64,000 bases of DNA, taken from assembly GCA_001643675.2 (NCBI GenBank), contig LSRY02000038.1, forward strand, positions 248,001 through 312,000, given 5' to 3'. Each line of letters starts with the position of its first letter. Within the stretch, counting starts at the first letter, position 1. The notes under the pieces were generated by a model, which was not told the origin of the DNA, made no database searches, and saw nothing but the letters and a program-made list of their open reading frames with translations. A program made the position numbers and the translations under genes. This stretch comes from Monocercomonoides exilis PA203 (Eukaryota; Protista; Preaxostyla). Below are positions 37,480-49,700 of this stretch, piece by piece.

Positions 37480-38060
37480 ATGCGGATGGAGAGACTCAAA
37501 GCGGCTATGTGCGAAAGTGAGAAACATATTAGGAGGAATATGAAGAGAGAAAGGGCGAGATATAGATGGATAGAGAAAAAAATCAACTGCCCGTAGATAT
37601 TGATGTGCACCAAGAACCTGTTCAGAGAAACATGTAACGAATGTTGAGTTTCAATCATGATCCTACTCCTTTGTAACATTATTATTGTTTTCACAGAAAA
37701 GAATTTTATTTTAAATATGCAGTGTGTGATGATTGGGGTTGCTCTGCTGATGCAGCAGAAGAACGGGAGGCAGAGCACATCACATGCAGTTTTCTTTTCC
37801 ACGACTCGCGGAAGCGAGAGTGGTTTTTCTTTCTGCTCCGAACAGAACACTCGCCTCACCGGATCCCTGCACAGCCTGCAGGGGAGAGCTCCGAGGGGCA
37901 ACGTCCCCTGCCCTCTGGTCTTCGCAACCATGGTAAAAGGCAAAATCGGTGGTGAAGAGAAGCGGACAATGCATTAATTTTTTATTAAATAATTTATAAT
38001 GTTTTTGTATATATTTTCATCTCGCCCTTCTTTCCACGTCATATATGGGAGGGCGAAGTT
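37480..38060 (+). ncRNA. Candidate structured RNA domain in the 3' region of DIRS copy B
   Basis: CTCGC-GGAA-GCGAG, CCCTGCA-CAGCC-TGCAGGG, GGGG-CAACGT-CCCC, TGGT-CTTCGCA-ACCA and CTGCTG-ATG-CAGCAG. Long-range pair 37551-37561 / 38019-38029. Confidence 0.5.
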
Positions 38061-38739
38061 TTTCACTCAAACCACCCATAATTTAAATTAATACTCATTA
38101 TCTCGGAGCAAACCTGTCTCACTGCGTTCAATCTATAATTTCTATATGGGTCATTCTTTTTGAAAAGTCGCTTAAGATCAAAAATGTGTCCCATGAAAGT
38201 TAATTCAAAAACACTCCGTTTCCATTATTCAAATGATAATAACGAATATTCACAGTGATGTTTGTTGGTTCATTTCAAACTTCTTTATGAGATGAAATAT
38301 TCTTTTTCAAAAAATTATGTATCAAATTTTTTGATCAAAATTTAAATATCAGTTTTTCAATGAAAAAGAGCATCATTTGATTGAACTACTTTGCAATTGT
38401 TTATTAATAAAAAGTGCAAGGAACGTTTCGATTCTTTATCCTGACAAACTTGATTTTTAATGTTAATTCAAAATTTCATTTGAATAGTATTTTTCTTTTG
38501 CTTTATGAGCCTGAACTCTACATGATTGCAAAGATAGAACACACATGAACGATGCAACTGTTAATCGGATAAGTTTAGTGGTTTCCATTTAATCAAAACA
38601 AATAAATTTAATTTTCAATTTATTATTCAATCATGCTTTTTTTATTGAATAGTTCGCAGTTGATAGCCAACATATGTTTTTTCAATTTCGCAATAGACAA
38701 AAATATGATTTCGAGAACATTTTCAGATGCGGAAGCACA

Positions 38740-39345
38740 AAATCAGCTGATGGAGGATCAATGAAGCAATATGTTGGGAATGAGAATGAAGTGAAAGTGA
38801 AAGGTGGTAATTTTGATGAGTGCCTTTGCTCAGCGACAAATGGTCTTGGAGAAGGAATCTTTCTTCTATTGTTGACTGAAAACCCAGATTTCTTGATTTC
38901 TTCCTTCTTTGGAACAAACACAGCCAAGTGGGGAAGAGATATCTTTGTCCTTTCACCCAATCTGGAAGAAACAGCAAAATCAGAAAACATCAGATGTGTG
39001 ACAGATTCATTGGATTCTCTTGAGAAAGTGAGAGGATATGACAATGGAAATACGAGTGTTGTTATCCCTCTGTGCATCTATCTCCTTCCCACCCCAGAAG
39101 AATTATATGTGAGCAACGTCGAGGCATATGATCATTCCCATTGTGGAATAGTCCAATTTCCCTGTTTGACTTTGAAGCATTAACTTACACGTCAAACTGG
39201 AACAAAGAAAGTTGTTGTGAATGGAATGATTTTAATGAGCGATGAATTGATATTTGAAGGACAGAAACATGAAATCAGAGGAAATGATGATCAAAGTGGT
39301 TGGACAGTGTACAATTCAAGTGAAACATCAAACTCAGCGATGTAA
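38740..39345 (+). pseudogene. Fragment of a Cys-rich beta-helix surface protein related to 46717-54909
   Basis: AKWGRDIFV...VIPLCIYL...DHSHCGIVQFPCLTL parallels YGKDVFV...VIPLFVYL...CG...PC repeats. In-frame stop at 39181. Confidence 0.75.
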
Positions 39346-39399
39346 ACAACATATGTTGAAACAGGATTATCAAGACTTATCTGCTCTCTTCAATCTTCT

Positions 39400-42300
39400 C
39401 TCTCTTCATGCTCTATTTTCATTTCATCATATTCTTGTTCGACATCATCTCTCCTCTTCCTCTTCTTTTTCGACTTCTCTGCCAAACACAAACATCTGAA
39501 CACTGATTAGCGGGCGATTCTCTTGCGCACACACATCTTCCTTCGTCACCGGCCTCTTAACACACTGGCAGCATCACCCAATCACACTCTCAAACACCTC
39601 TTCTCCTTTAACAACCATTAAATCATCAACAAATCCACTTCTGCTCTTTGCAGATTCTTCTTCTACAGAAACTCAAGCAGCACTTCTTTCTTAACATCCT
39701 GCGACATATATCCCCTGTCTCTCCACTCTTCCTCCAGAACACTCCATTCTTCTTTTACTCCACCATGAGCCCTCACTCTCCGCTGCAACACTCATTCGAC
39801 TACCAAGTCATCAAATGCACTGGATATTGCACAAACACTTTTCTCAACAAGAAGCTTCACGTACAAAATAACGTTAGAGTGCCATAATACACCAGAACAA
39901 TACTTTATGTTCATTTTGCGCTGCCACTTTGCAGCGCGATCGATCCTGTCGCTTGCATCAGCACCTCTGCCGACATCGACGAAGATGTCGTGTTCATCAT
40001 CATCACATCACACGCACACATCCGCGCCGCATGCATCTTCTCCCACTCCACATTCTTCATCGCCTTCCATTCTTCCTCAATCACTTTCCTCTCTTCGCTC
40101 ACAACATTCAAAAACTCCTGCACAATCATATGCTTTATCTTAACTCGTTTCCCCAAACCATTCAACTCCAGCCATTGTTTCCTCTCTTTCCTTCTTCTTC
40201 TTCTTCTTCTTCTTCTTCTATATCTACTTCTCCTTCATTGACAATATCCGCATTTCCCTCTGTCTCATCCACTGTCCCCATCTTCATTGCACCCGCCATC
40301 ACTCAAACAACCACGTCAATAGCACTCACACACTCATCAACAGCTCACTGCTCTGAGATAAGCACCTCAAACACTCCATTTTCGGCCACTTTTGCGTTGG
40401 ACACGCTTCGCTCTTTCATTGATGACACTTCGTCTTCTGTGTCCACATCACTGTTGGCTCCGACGATTGTGCTTGGGGGATCTTCAACTGCATTCATTGC
40501 ATCTTGTTCTTCTTCGTCGTCGTCTTCTTCCCTTCCACATTTATTTTCCTATGCTTCTTCTTCCTTAGACTCTCTGACTTCTCCAACATCTCTCGCTTCC
40601 TCCTCTTTCTCTGCTCTTCTTTCCTTCTCTCAGCCCATCCAGCAGAAGTCAACATCCATCTCGCCTGGTCCTGCACTCACCCAACAACCTCAGCCTTCAT
40701 CTCAGTCTCAATCTCAATCATTGTCTTCATCTTTGAACACGAACTCTCTTTACACCTGCACATCCTCAGCAACATCGCAGCAGTCACACACACAGGTGAG
40801 CTCTCCCTCGCGCCCTTCTCATTTGGCTCAGCCAGGAAGCTTCCAACAATCTACTGCTGTTGCAACCCCAACAACCTCATCAAACTTGATGGCTGCAGTC
40901 ACTTCGTCTGTTGTCATCTCCACAACTACATCCTCTTCTCTTTCATCAGCTCTGTCTGCGCCTCTTTCCTCCTCCGCTGCTGATGCTCCACCGCTTCTCC
41001 TTAGCACATACTCTCCATCTTCACACACCTCTCCGCAGAAGCGCTTCTTCTATTCGCCTCCTTGTCTGTTCATATCCACCACTCCTCTTGACGATGTACT
41101 ACCTCCGATGCATTCGTCCCACTCGTCGCACAAGTGCTTTTCTTCTTCGCATCTGGAGATGAGGAGGTTGATGGAGCTGCACAAACACCGGAAAGCCAAT
41201 GATACAAGCACATCTATAAGTAACTTGTCAGAACACACGCATTTGATATTCTGTTCAAAGCAGGTGCTTCCAGAGATGCATGTGCTGAGGCTGATGAAGA
41301 GAGAGAAGAAAAGGAATGTGACAGATGAGATATTTGAGATGAAAAGGATTATGAGAAGAAGGAACAGACACTCAAAAAAAAAATAGAAATTGACGATGAT
41401 GACAAATAAGAAGAAGAAACAAAATTGTGATGCAGATTCTCTGCTTCCATCTTCAATGCCATGGGAGCATCCATAGGAACAACCGCTGAGAAAGCGCGGT
41501 CGGTTTGAAATGGCGTACGAAGCATCACAGCCGCATAAACCCATCGTCTGTGCTGTATTTGTTTGTCTTCTCAAATAAACTCCTCTTCTGCACCGAGCCT
41601 CTTGTCTGACGTGTTGAATGAACCCGCTTCCCCGCCTTCTTCACCTCTGCCTCCATTCACTCACCTAGCCAAATCAGCTGTTTGTCCGCATCAGACGCCC
41701 TATCAAGCACACACTCTAACGCATGCCCTGACAGCGTCGTTGAACAATTACTCAGAATCTCCTTCGCATTACCTGCTTCTACTCCTTCTCTGCTCTGCCG
41801 TGCAGCTTCAATTCCCTTCCCCGATGTGAATTTCACCTTCACCGAATCATCTGTACTCCATCACAACATGCGCTGTCACTCCACAGCACAGTCGCCGCGA
41901 TTTCATTACAATGTGCTCATTAACAAAACGGATCAACTCATTCTTGCTAATAAAGATGCCACACACAAACTTGTACTCTGCTTTGTGCTAGGACCATTCA
42001 ACAAGGGCGTTAAACATAACCGCCAAGTCTTCCACAATCGCCTGCTTCATCCCTGCTTCTTCTCTGTCCCATGCTGCATGAGGATTTCGCACAGCCCCAG
42101 AGGCAGATTTCTCTTCGGCTTTGTTCCTCAGCTGTATCTCCATCATTTCATTGACATCTTGACACAGCCTATGGTCAGCTGCATGTACAGCTCGCCAGGC
42201 ACATCCAAAGTCTACCCGTCTGCAATGCTCACACGCATCATTTGCTGATTGCCTTTTAAGTTCAAGGCACTTCTCATTATCCCTCAACCTAATAGAACAA

Positions 42301-43620
42301 CCACTACACTCCACTCTTCTATCTGCACTCAATTTTTCCTCCATTTTCCTCCTCTTCCTCTTCTTCTTCTTATCACTCCTCATAAATCAAACGGCTCTAC
42401 ACCCTTAACTTCATGGGATTAATCTTATTCCTCAATTATTGTCAAACGATCAGCTGATATTTCAATCTGTTCCTAACCCTTCCTTTACTTCCATCTGAAA
42501 TTGTTCCCAAAGACATATCTGCTTCTGCTAATGACCAAATCTCGTCTTCTCTTGAAATCTCCTGTCGAATGCCATCTGCTGGAGAAGAATTGCACACTTC
42601 TGGTTCAATTGAATGCTGTTTGTCTGTATCCGCCTCAGTCTCTGTCCTCGCCTTCACAAACCTCAACCGACTCGTTCCAAGCACCTCCACAACCAGCGGC
42701 GCCATCGCTTCTTCCATCTTCCCCTGGTTCTCTTTGATTCTCTCCACAAACTCTCTGTGCGCTGTCAGAAACCAGCCTTTCTCCTCATTCCCATCACCTC
42801 TCTCTTTTCCTCCATCTTCTTTTTCCTTTTCTTTTCCCTCTTCTTCTCACTCTTTGCCTCCCTCTTTGCCTCCCTTTTCTCCTTCCTCTGCTTCTTCCTA
42901 CTCCTCCAGAACCGCCAGCTCAATCGCTGTTATAGACAGAACCACATTCTCCATCCCCAGCCCGCTGTCAACAGCCCTTTCTCCACAATCTCTCCCACTT
43001 CATTCATTTCAACCTCTCTCTCCATCACTTCGTCGTCCAGCTTCACCACCACACGCCTCGACTGTTGCGATCGCCATATCTGCAGCGACAGGTCAAACAT
43101 ATCATAGATTGACGGGAACGCATTCACATCTGCCGCTGCAAAGATCCGCTCACTCCCCGACTTCGTGCCCACCGAAGCTGCAAGCGATGGAAGCGGTCCC
43201 ACCAGCGGAACCGAAAGCATCACAGAAAGTGCAACAACATATCCACGCAGCGTCTGCAGCACCCGCAGCGACAGCAGCAGCTGCAGCGACAGCGGCATAT
43301 GCCGCCCATACACACCAGTCGCCTCTGGCACCACAATCCGCAGCCGCCTCTCGATGTCGTCCATCGCTCCTACCGATGTGTATGACGCAGCCACAGCCGA
43401 CGCATCCGAAGGGTCAATCGCAGGTGTCGATGATGGCTGATCATCTCCTTCTGCCTTCTTCTCTTCGCTTCTCCTCCTCCTGAATGGCGAAGTAGACAAA
43501 GAATACAAAAAGTTCTGAGAGAAGAGAGGACTGCTGTGCTGCCCCGGACACATGAAGTTTGAAGAGAAAGTTCCCATCACGTCAGCCAGAAGTTACACCA
43601 GAAGCACATGCAGCATCTTC
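39400..43620. other. GC-richer mosaic of decayed coding-like fragments, unidentified
   Basis: Abrupt composition shift with many broken ORFs on both strands and no recognisable domain. Confidence 0.35.
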
Positions 43621-44789
43621 ATTCGTATCAGAATAGTCGACAAGCAAAGAAAACCTGATATTTTCGAGGAATTTCAAATATTTGAAGAAGGATATTTTTC
43701 CATAATTTGTCGATATTAAATGGAAGGGATAAGGAAAAATGTGCATTCTGAGATGAAAGAAACTTGTTTGATACAAACTGTTTGAATATAAATATTCGAA
43801 GATATAACATTTTTGAGTTTGTAATAAATGGAGATTTATATTGAAAATTAATAATCAAACTTTAACTTTTTATAATAACATTTATAATTGCTTTATGTCA
43901 TCTCATTTTTGAATATTATTCTAACGCAACGAGTATTGTTTTGATAAATCTTTCTTATTAAACAATTTCTTTTAAAAATCCGATAATTCATGCAAATTAA
44001 TTTTATTTGTCTTTCAAAAAAAGAAAATAATCAAAACATAGTAAACATCTTAAAATTTTGAATGGATATTCGAACTAATGAAATGAAATTGAAGAAATTA
44101 AAACTTATTTAACATTTGAATCAAATAGCTCGAAAGAAATAACTTACAAAAGAAAATTCTATTGTATAATCAACGTTCGATATGTTATCATTAGATTTAT
44201 AAAATGTTTTTCAATGATAAGGGTGAAAAATAACAATATATAATAATTGACAATATATAATGGGAACGGAATGATCACTATTATTATGATCATTTTTGAT
44301 CAGATTTTCAGATCAGTTAAACGTTTGCGACTTTTCAAAAAGAATTACCCATATGTCTGTGAAGATTTTGTGTTGATGAAGTCGAATGTTTATCCGCTTC
44401 CACTTCGACTTCAAAGAAATTTTCTTTTTTCTTTTTTCTTTTTTGATAACTTATATTGATGTTTGATTGCAAGCATTATTATTGCTCACTATTGAAAAAG
44501 TCAATTCACATTTGGTTTGTTTTCTTTCGTGTTGAATTTGCATTTCTTGCTCTTTTCGATTGCAATTTACAATTTATTTACAAAAAAATTATTTTCAGGA
44601 TTTCCAAATTTTTTGAAAAATTTGAAAGCAAATGATTTGAGAGATTTCCCTTCAAGTTCCACACTTGTTAACAACTAATTTCAAAATCGAAAAAAGAAAT
44701 AAAACAAGTCAATGAGAAGAAATTTTATTGTGAAGAAAGGAAAAATATTTGCAACAATTTTCAGCAGTATTTTGTCAATGGAAGGAAAA

Positions 44790-46090
44790 CGAAAGGCAAT
44801 GCTCATATGCAAGAACGAATAACTTTTTCCTTCTTTGAAGAAAAAGTCAATCATATCTTCATCCTCTTCCGCTTCCAGTTTTTCTGCAGTTAATCTTCAA
44901 TCATTTTTTTAATTCATTCATTGTTTTTAACAATTGTTGACAAGGATAAACAAACAGAAAACTTCTTCGCTTCTCTGGCAAAATGAGAGGTCATATCTTA
45001 TTTCTGAAGCAATAACATTTGTCCCTCCAAAACTTTTTTTATCACCCAGATATTATAAAGAAATTCCTTTGTTTTTGACACACTCGTTCAAATTGCCTTC
45101 AAAAGGAAGCAAACATTTTTCAAAGGAATATTTCATTACCACACTTCCTCGTTGTTCTGCAAAGCTTCACAATGCTAGAAAGGAGCTGTGTATTCTTTGC
45201 TCTCTATCTGAAAAAGCCTATGAAATGTCTCAAGTTTTGTTCACCACATCTTTTTTGTCTTCATTTCCACCAAATTTTCTTCATCTTTCTGTTTCACTCT
45301 TATCTTTAAAGCTCCCCATTTTAAGCTCTTCCAGTTCTCTTGCTTTTTCCAGAAATGGAGCACATTCGCAAATTTGCTTTCCCATTTCCATTTTCTTGAA
45401 CTGTCTTCAAGTGAAAGCTAACAAATATTTGATATTCAAGACGAGTCAGGAACTTGTGTTCCTGAATACGCTTGAAAGCTTTCCTCGTTTCAAACAAGAA
45501 CAGATCAATTGACAAATCTTTTTTCAAGTTTTTTTTCATTCAAATTTTTTTCTCTTTTTTAAAAAAAAATACTATCTTTCTCACACTTTATCAATAGTAA
45601 TGACTGTCAAAACTAATTTTCCATTTCAACAACTTTTATGTTCTTTATTCCATCATTCTTTTCTATGCAAGTTTTAACAGGCGAGCGATGTACTTGAAGA
45701 GAACTTTCATTGAAAAGCAAAATCTTTTATTTAATAGAGATCGAGAGCGCTCACAAAGGTCAATCGCCATTTTTTCTTTCTTTTCTTTTGTTTCATCCTT
45801 TTCTTCTGCAATCATTCTTTTGTTGAATTTGCTTGCTGGAGTTTGTTGGATCATTCCGTCCGAGTTTCTTAATAAGATTTGTTATGACAAATGTACCTCA
45901 GATGCATAGCATCATTTTCCATTGAAAAATTCTTTTCTCTCATTGTTTTGAAAAACTCATTGAAAACATCTTCAACATAGAAACTGAAATGTATTTGTTC
46001 ATTCATTTTGAATAGCATTCTATCATTCTTCTTTGATTTTCATCTCTTGCTTGGTTCCATTGAAACTGCTTTGATAGAAAAGAGTTCCTT
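44790..46090 (-). pseudogene. Orphan helical family, copy 5 (heavily decayed)
   Basis: Remnants FNKRMIAEEK...IDLCE, EHKFLTRLEYQ and KLEAEEDEDMI, with stops and frameshifts. Confidence 0.75.
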
Positions 46091-46716
46091 ATCAATCATT
46101 TTTTCTTTTGCAACAAAAAGGAATAATTTCAAAAACAATATCATTGACAAATAAGAAATCATTTGAATCAATGTTGATTGAAACACTTCATTATTTGCAA
46201 TATTTTCTTCAATTTGGTTCTCCCCAAAAAGAACACTTTGAACAATGTTTGTGTGATATTCAGAAGCCAACAAACAAACAAAATAAATTATCAAATGGTA
46301 TGTTTTTGTGAAATAATAAAGTGTTGGTGTTGTATTTTTTGAAATAAAAACCAATCAAAAATACAAACATAAAAACAGATAAAGTATCAAAAATACATAC
46401 ATATACAACAAAAAACATTCAGCTGCAAAAACACAAGCAAATAAAGATATTTTATCACACAAATATTGATGAATTATTGACTATATACAAATGAAAACAA
46501 ATATTTTTTTTTCTTGCACAAAACAAGACAGAGGTGCTGACACGCAAAATAGATTGGAATAACAACAAGAAGGAAAGAAACTGAGAATTATTCAAAACAA
46601 ACAAAAACAAAAAACAAAAAACAAAAGCAAACATAAAATTGACTCAAAAAATTAAATGAATACTCAATTCGAAACAATGCAAAAACAAAACTTTTTCTCC
46701 TTCCAAATCAACCAAT

Positions 46717-49700
46717 TCATCCACTCCTTTCATTTTCTCTTGTTTTTAATGTTGCTGTTGAAGAAACTGTTGAAGAAGTTGTGATGGCTGTGTTTGTTGT
46801 TGTTGTTGATTGATGAATATCTTTCCCTTCCTTTTCATCATCTGACTCACTTTCTGAGCCCTCAGCATATGCAATCGCATCTGAGGCTGTCACCACAACT
46901 GCATTCGCTGGAAAGTGCGAAAACAGCTCCTTCTTCACCTCAAACAGCCCCATCCTCTTGCTCGCTTCCTCTTCCCAGCAGCTTCCAACAACCTCATCCA
47001 TTCCCCTTCCTGCAATCATCTTTCGCGATGGCCTTTCTCCAAATGTTATCTTCTGCCCTGCTGTCTCGGCATCATATTCTCCAAACGGGATATCCAGAGT
47101 CAGACACTCCCACAGCATCATCCCAATCGAAAACACAACTGACTCCTTTGTTGCTCCCATTTTCTTATTGATCAGCAGCTCAGGTGCCTTCCACCTCAAA
47201 CACTCTTTTTTGAAATCATCCTCATCCTCAAATGCTGATGAAGGAGGTGGCGAGTCAGTGAATCTCTCGCTCATCAGTGAAATATTGGAGGAAGAAGAAA
47301 CAATGGTCAATGAAGAGATGGATGATGAATCGGAATCATCTGATGAGCAGTCTGAGTGGAGCGCAATGCAAATAACCATATGTTCTGAGAATAGCACAAT
47401 GTGAGGACTCAAATTGGAAAGAGAGGAAAGCGGAACCTCCATTTCATCAAACGAATGCAGAGCTCCATTCGCCACCCAGAACAGGATCTGAGCAGCTGTC
47501 TGCTCCCTCTCTTCCAGTGTGCCAATAGCCATCTCCTTTGTCTTATTCCTTCCGTGGAGCAACATGAACAGTGAATCTCTCAAATCCACAATCAGCTTCT
47601 CATGAGGGGATGAACATGCCATTGCATCCACCAGATTCGACATCGAAGAGGTAGTTGGGCACAGATCCTCCCCTCGAACAAATGTGGAATCTGAATCAGT
47701 CGTATCTGTTGTTGAAGTGGATGAAATAGATGGTGAAGGAGTTCTTTTCCTTATCTCTTCCTCTTCCTCTTTTTCTAACATCCATTGAGGGATCTTGTCT
47801 GAATCTTTTCCCAGAATATATTCAGTTGATCCACTCTCACTCAGCAAATGCTCCGATGACTCCGAATGCGCCATCTCCTTTCCATTTATTCTCTTTTTGA
47901 TCCTCTCTTCATTCTTCTTCTCTGCCTCCCTCTCTGCCCTTCTCCACTGCTCTTCAGGTGACATCTCCATCGTCACCATCTCAATCAGCTTTGGATCTTT
48001 TCTGATGTTATCATTCACAATATCTCTCAAATCTTTCGCTTCATTCTTTGCCTTCCTCCATCGAATGGTCACAACAACAGATACAATCAAAACAATCAAA
48101 AGAATAACTGCCATAATAATCACAATCAACAACAAATAAGATTTCCCTTCTTTTCCTCCTTCAACCATTTTTTCATCTCCTGTCTTTGATTCTGTTTTGT
48201 TCTTCACAATCTGTGGAGAAGTCTCTGCCAATGGCTTCCCAAACAAAATCATCACTGACACCTCCGTTTCGTCTGAAGCCAATGAAATATTTTCTGATGA
48301 AATTCTTCCAATCACTTCTGTTTCTGAAATGAAACTGTCTTCCTCAAACTGATATGACTCAACCAACTCCACATCCCTTGTTTTAAACACAAGTTTAAAT
48401 GACAAGTCACATGGCACAAAAAGAGATCCTTTGAATTCCACAACAACATTACCTCCATTTTCATTCACAGAAACATCTTCCAGTCTGGGAATGAAGAAAG
48501 GAGATTGCCTTTCTGCTGCAATTCCATCAAGGGAGCATCCATCATTCAAAATCCAAAGAGAAGAATTATCCTTCACTCCATCTCCACCTTTCAAACTATT
48601 TATGTTCAATATTCCAGAATCTGAACAAATGATGTTTCTTCTCACTGATGGATATTTTTCAATGAATGGATTGTTGTTCTCAAACTTTCCTTCAATTATT
48701 GTCACACTCCCCTCATTCACAGACAATCCCCCTTTCCCACTCTCCTGAATCCTCGTATCCTTCATCACAACCCTGCTCTTCTCAACCCCAACCATTGATC
48801 CATTCCACTTGCATATCCTTTCTCTTCCCTCCTTTTCCTCCTTTTCATTCATCTCCATAAATTTTCTTTCTTCATCTGCCTTGTCCACTCCTCCACACAC
48901 ATCACACATCTCAATCCTCACATCCTCACAACTGCTCAACAAAACAACCCCTCCCTTCTCTCTTCCACTCTCACACCCTCTGAATGAGCAGTTTGACACA
49001 CTCCCATCTCCACACCCTCTCATCGCAATCACACTCCACTCCCCCATTATTGTGATATTCTCCATCCCCACTTCTTTCACACTCACCCTCGCCTCCCCTT
49101 CCACAACAACCACATCTCCCTCTGATTCCACATCCAAAATCCTTGTCTCATCCATCACAACAAGCGATTCTCCACAGAACATAACCAATCTGCCACAATG
49201 ACGGATGTTCCTGATTGTGCATCTCACCATCTCCATCTCTCCTCCCTCCACCCCAACCAGTGTGCTCTTCAGCCTTTTTCCCATCCCACTGGCTGAACCT
49301 TCAAATGAGCATTCATTCATCACCATCCGCCCCTCCTTCACTTTCACAGCATATTTCTGTGCGCTCTCAAACATCTCTCCAAACAGGAACAAACACCTCT
49401 CCACCACACTCTCATTCACAAACACCATCATGCTCCTCTCCTCTCCTCTTTCCTCCATCTTCCCCTCAAAATGCACTGTCGCCTTCTCCCTCCCCATCGA
49501 CACCATCCTCACATCCCCAATCACACATTCCTCTCCCATCATCCCTTCCCCATCAATCCACAATACATTCATCATGCTTCTTTGAATGTGTTGCACAGCA
49601 TTTCCAATGCTCTCACATGGAGCATCCTGTCTTCCACATTGCACACTGTCGCTTCCTTTCACTGAGACAAACACCTGTGAAGAATAATAGAATGTGATCA

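Larger units (their letters stand above)
33014..38132 (+). mobile_element. DIRS-type tyrosine-recombinase retroelement, copy B (RT core deleted; RNase H, methyltransferase remnant and YR retained)
   Basis: Left ITR 33014-33099, ICR 37379-37474, right ITR 38066-38132. Domain order is RT C-terminus, RH, MT, YR. Confidence 0.9.

Noticed and set aside
37590-37650. Hairpin ribozyme (AGAA-cctg-tt-CAGAGAAACA)
   Set aside because: No GUAUAUUAC partner strand or supporting helices, and it is poorly conserved in copy A.
37745-37760. Hammerhead core at CTGATG
   Set aside because: It reads CTGATGC rather than CTGANGA, and there is no correctly placed GAAA.
37657-37977. Small conserved ORF in the DIRS 3' region
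   Set aside because: A 2-nt indel shifts the frame between copies; conservation is better explained by RNA structure.
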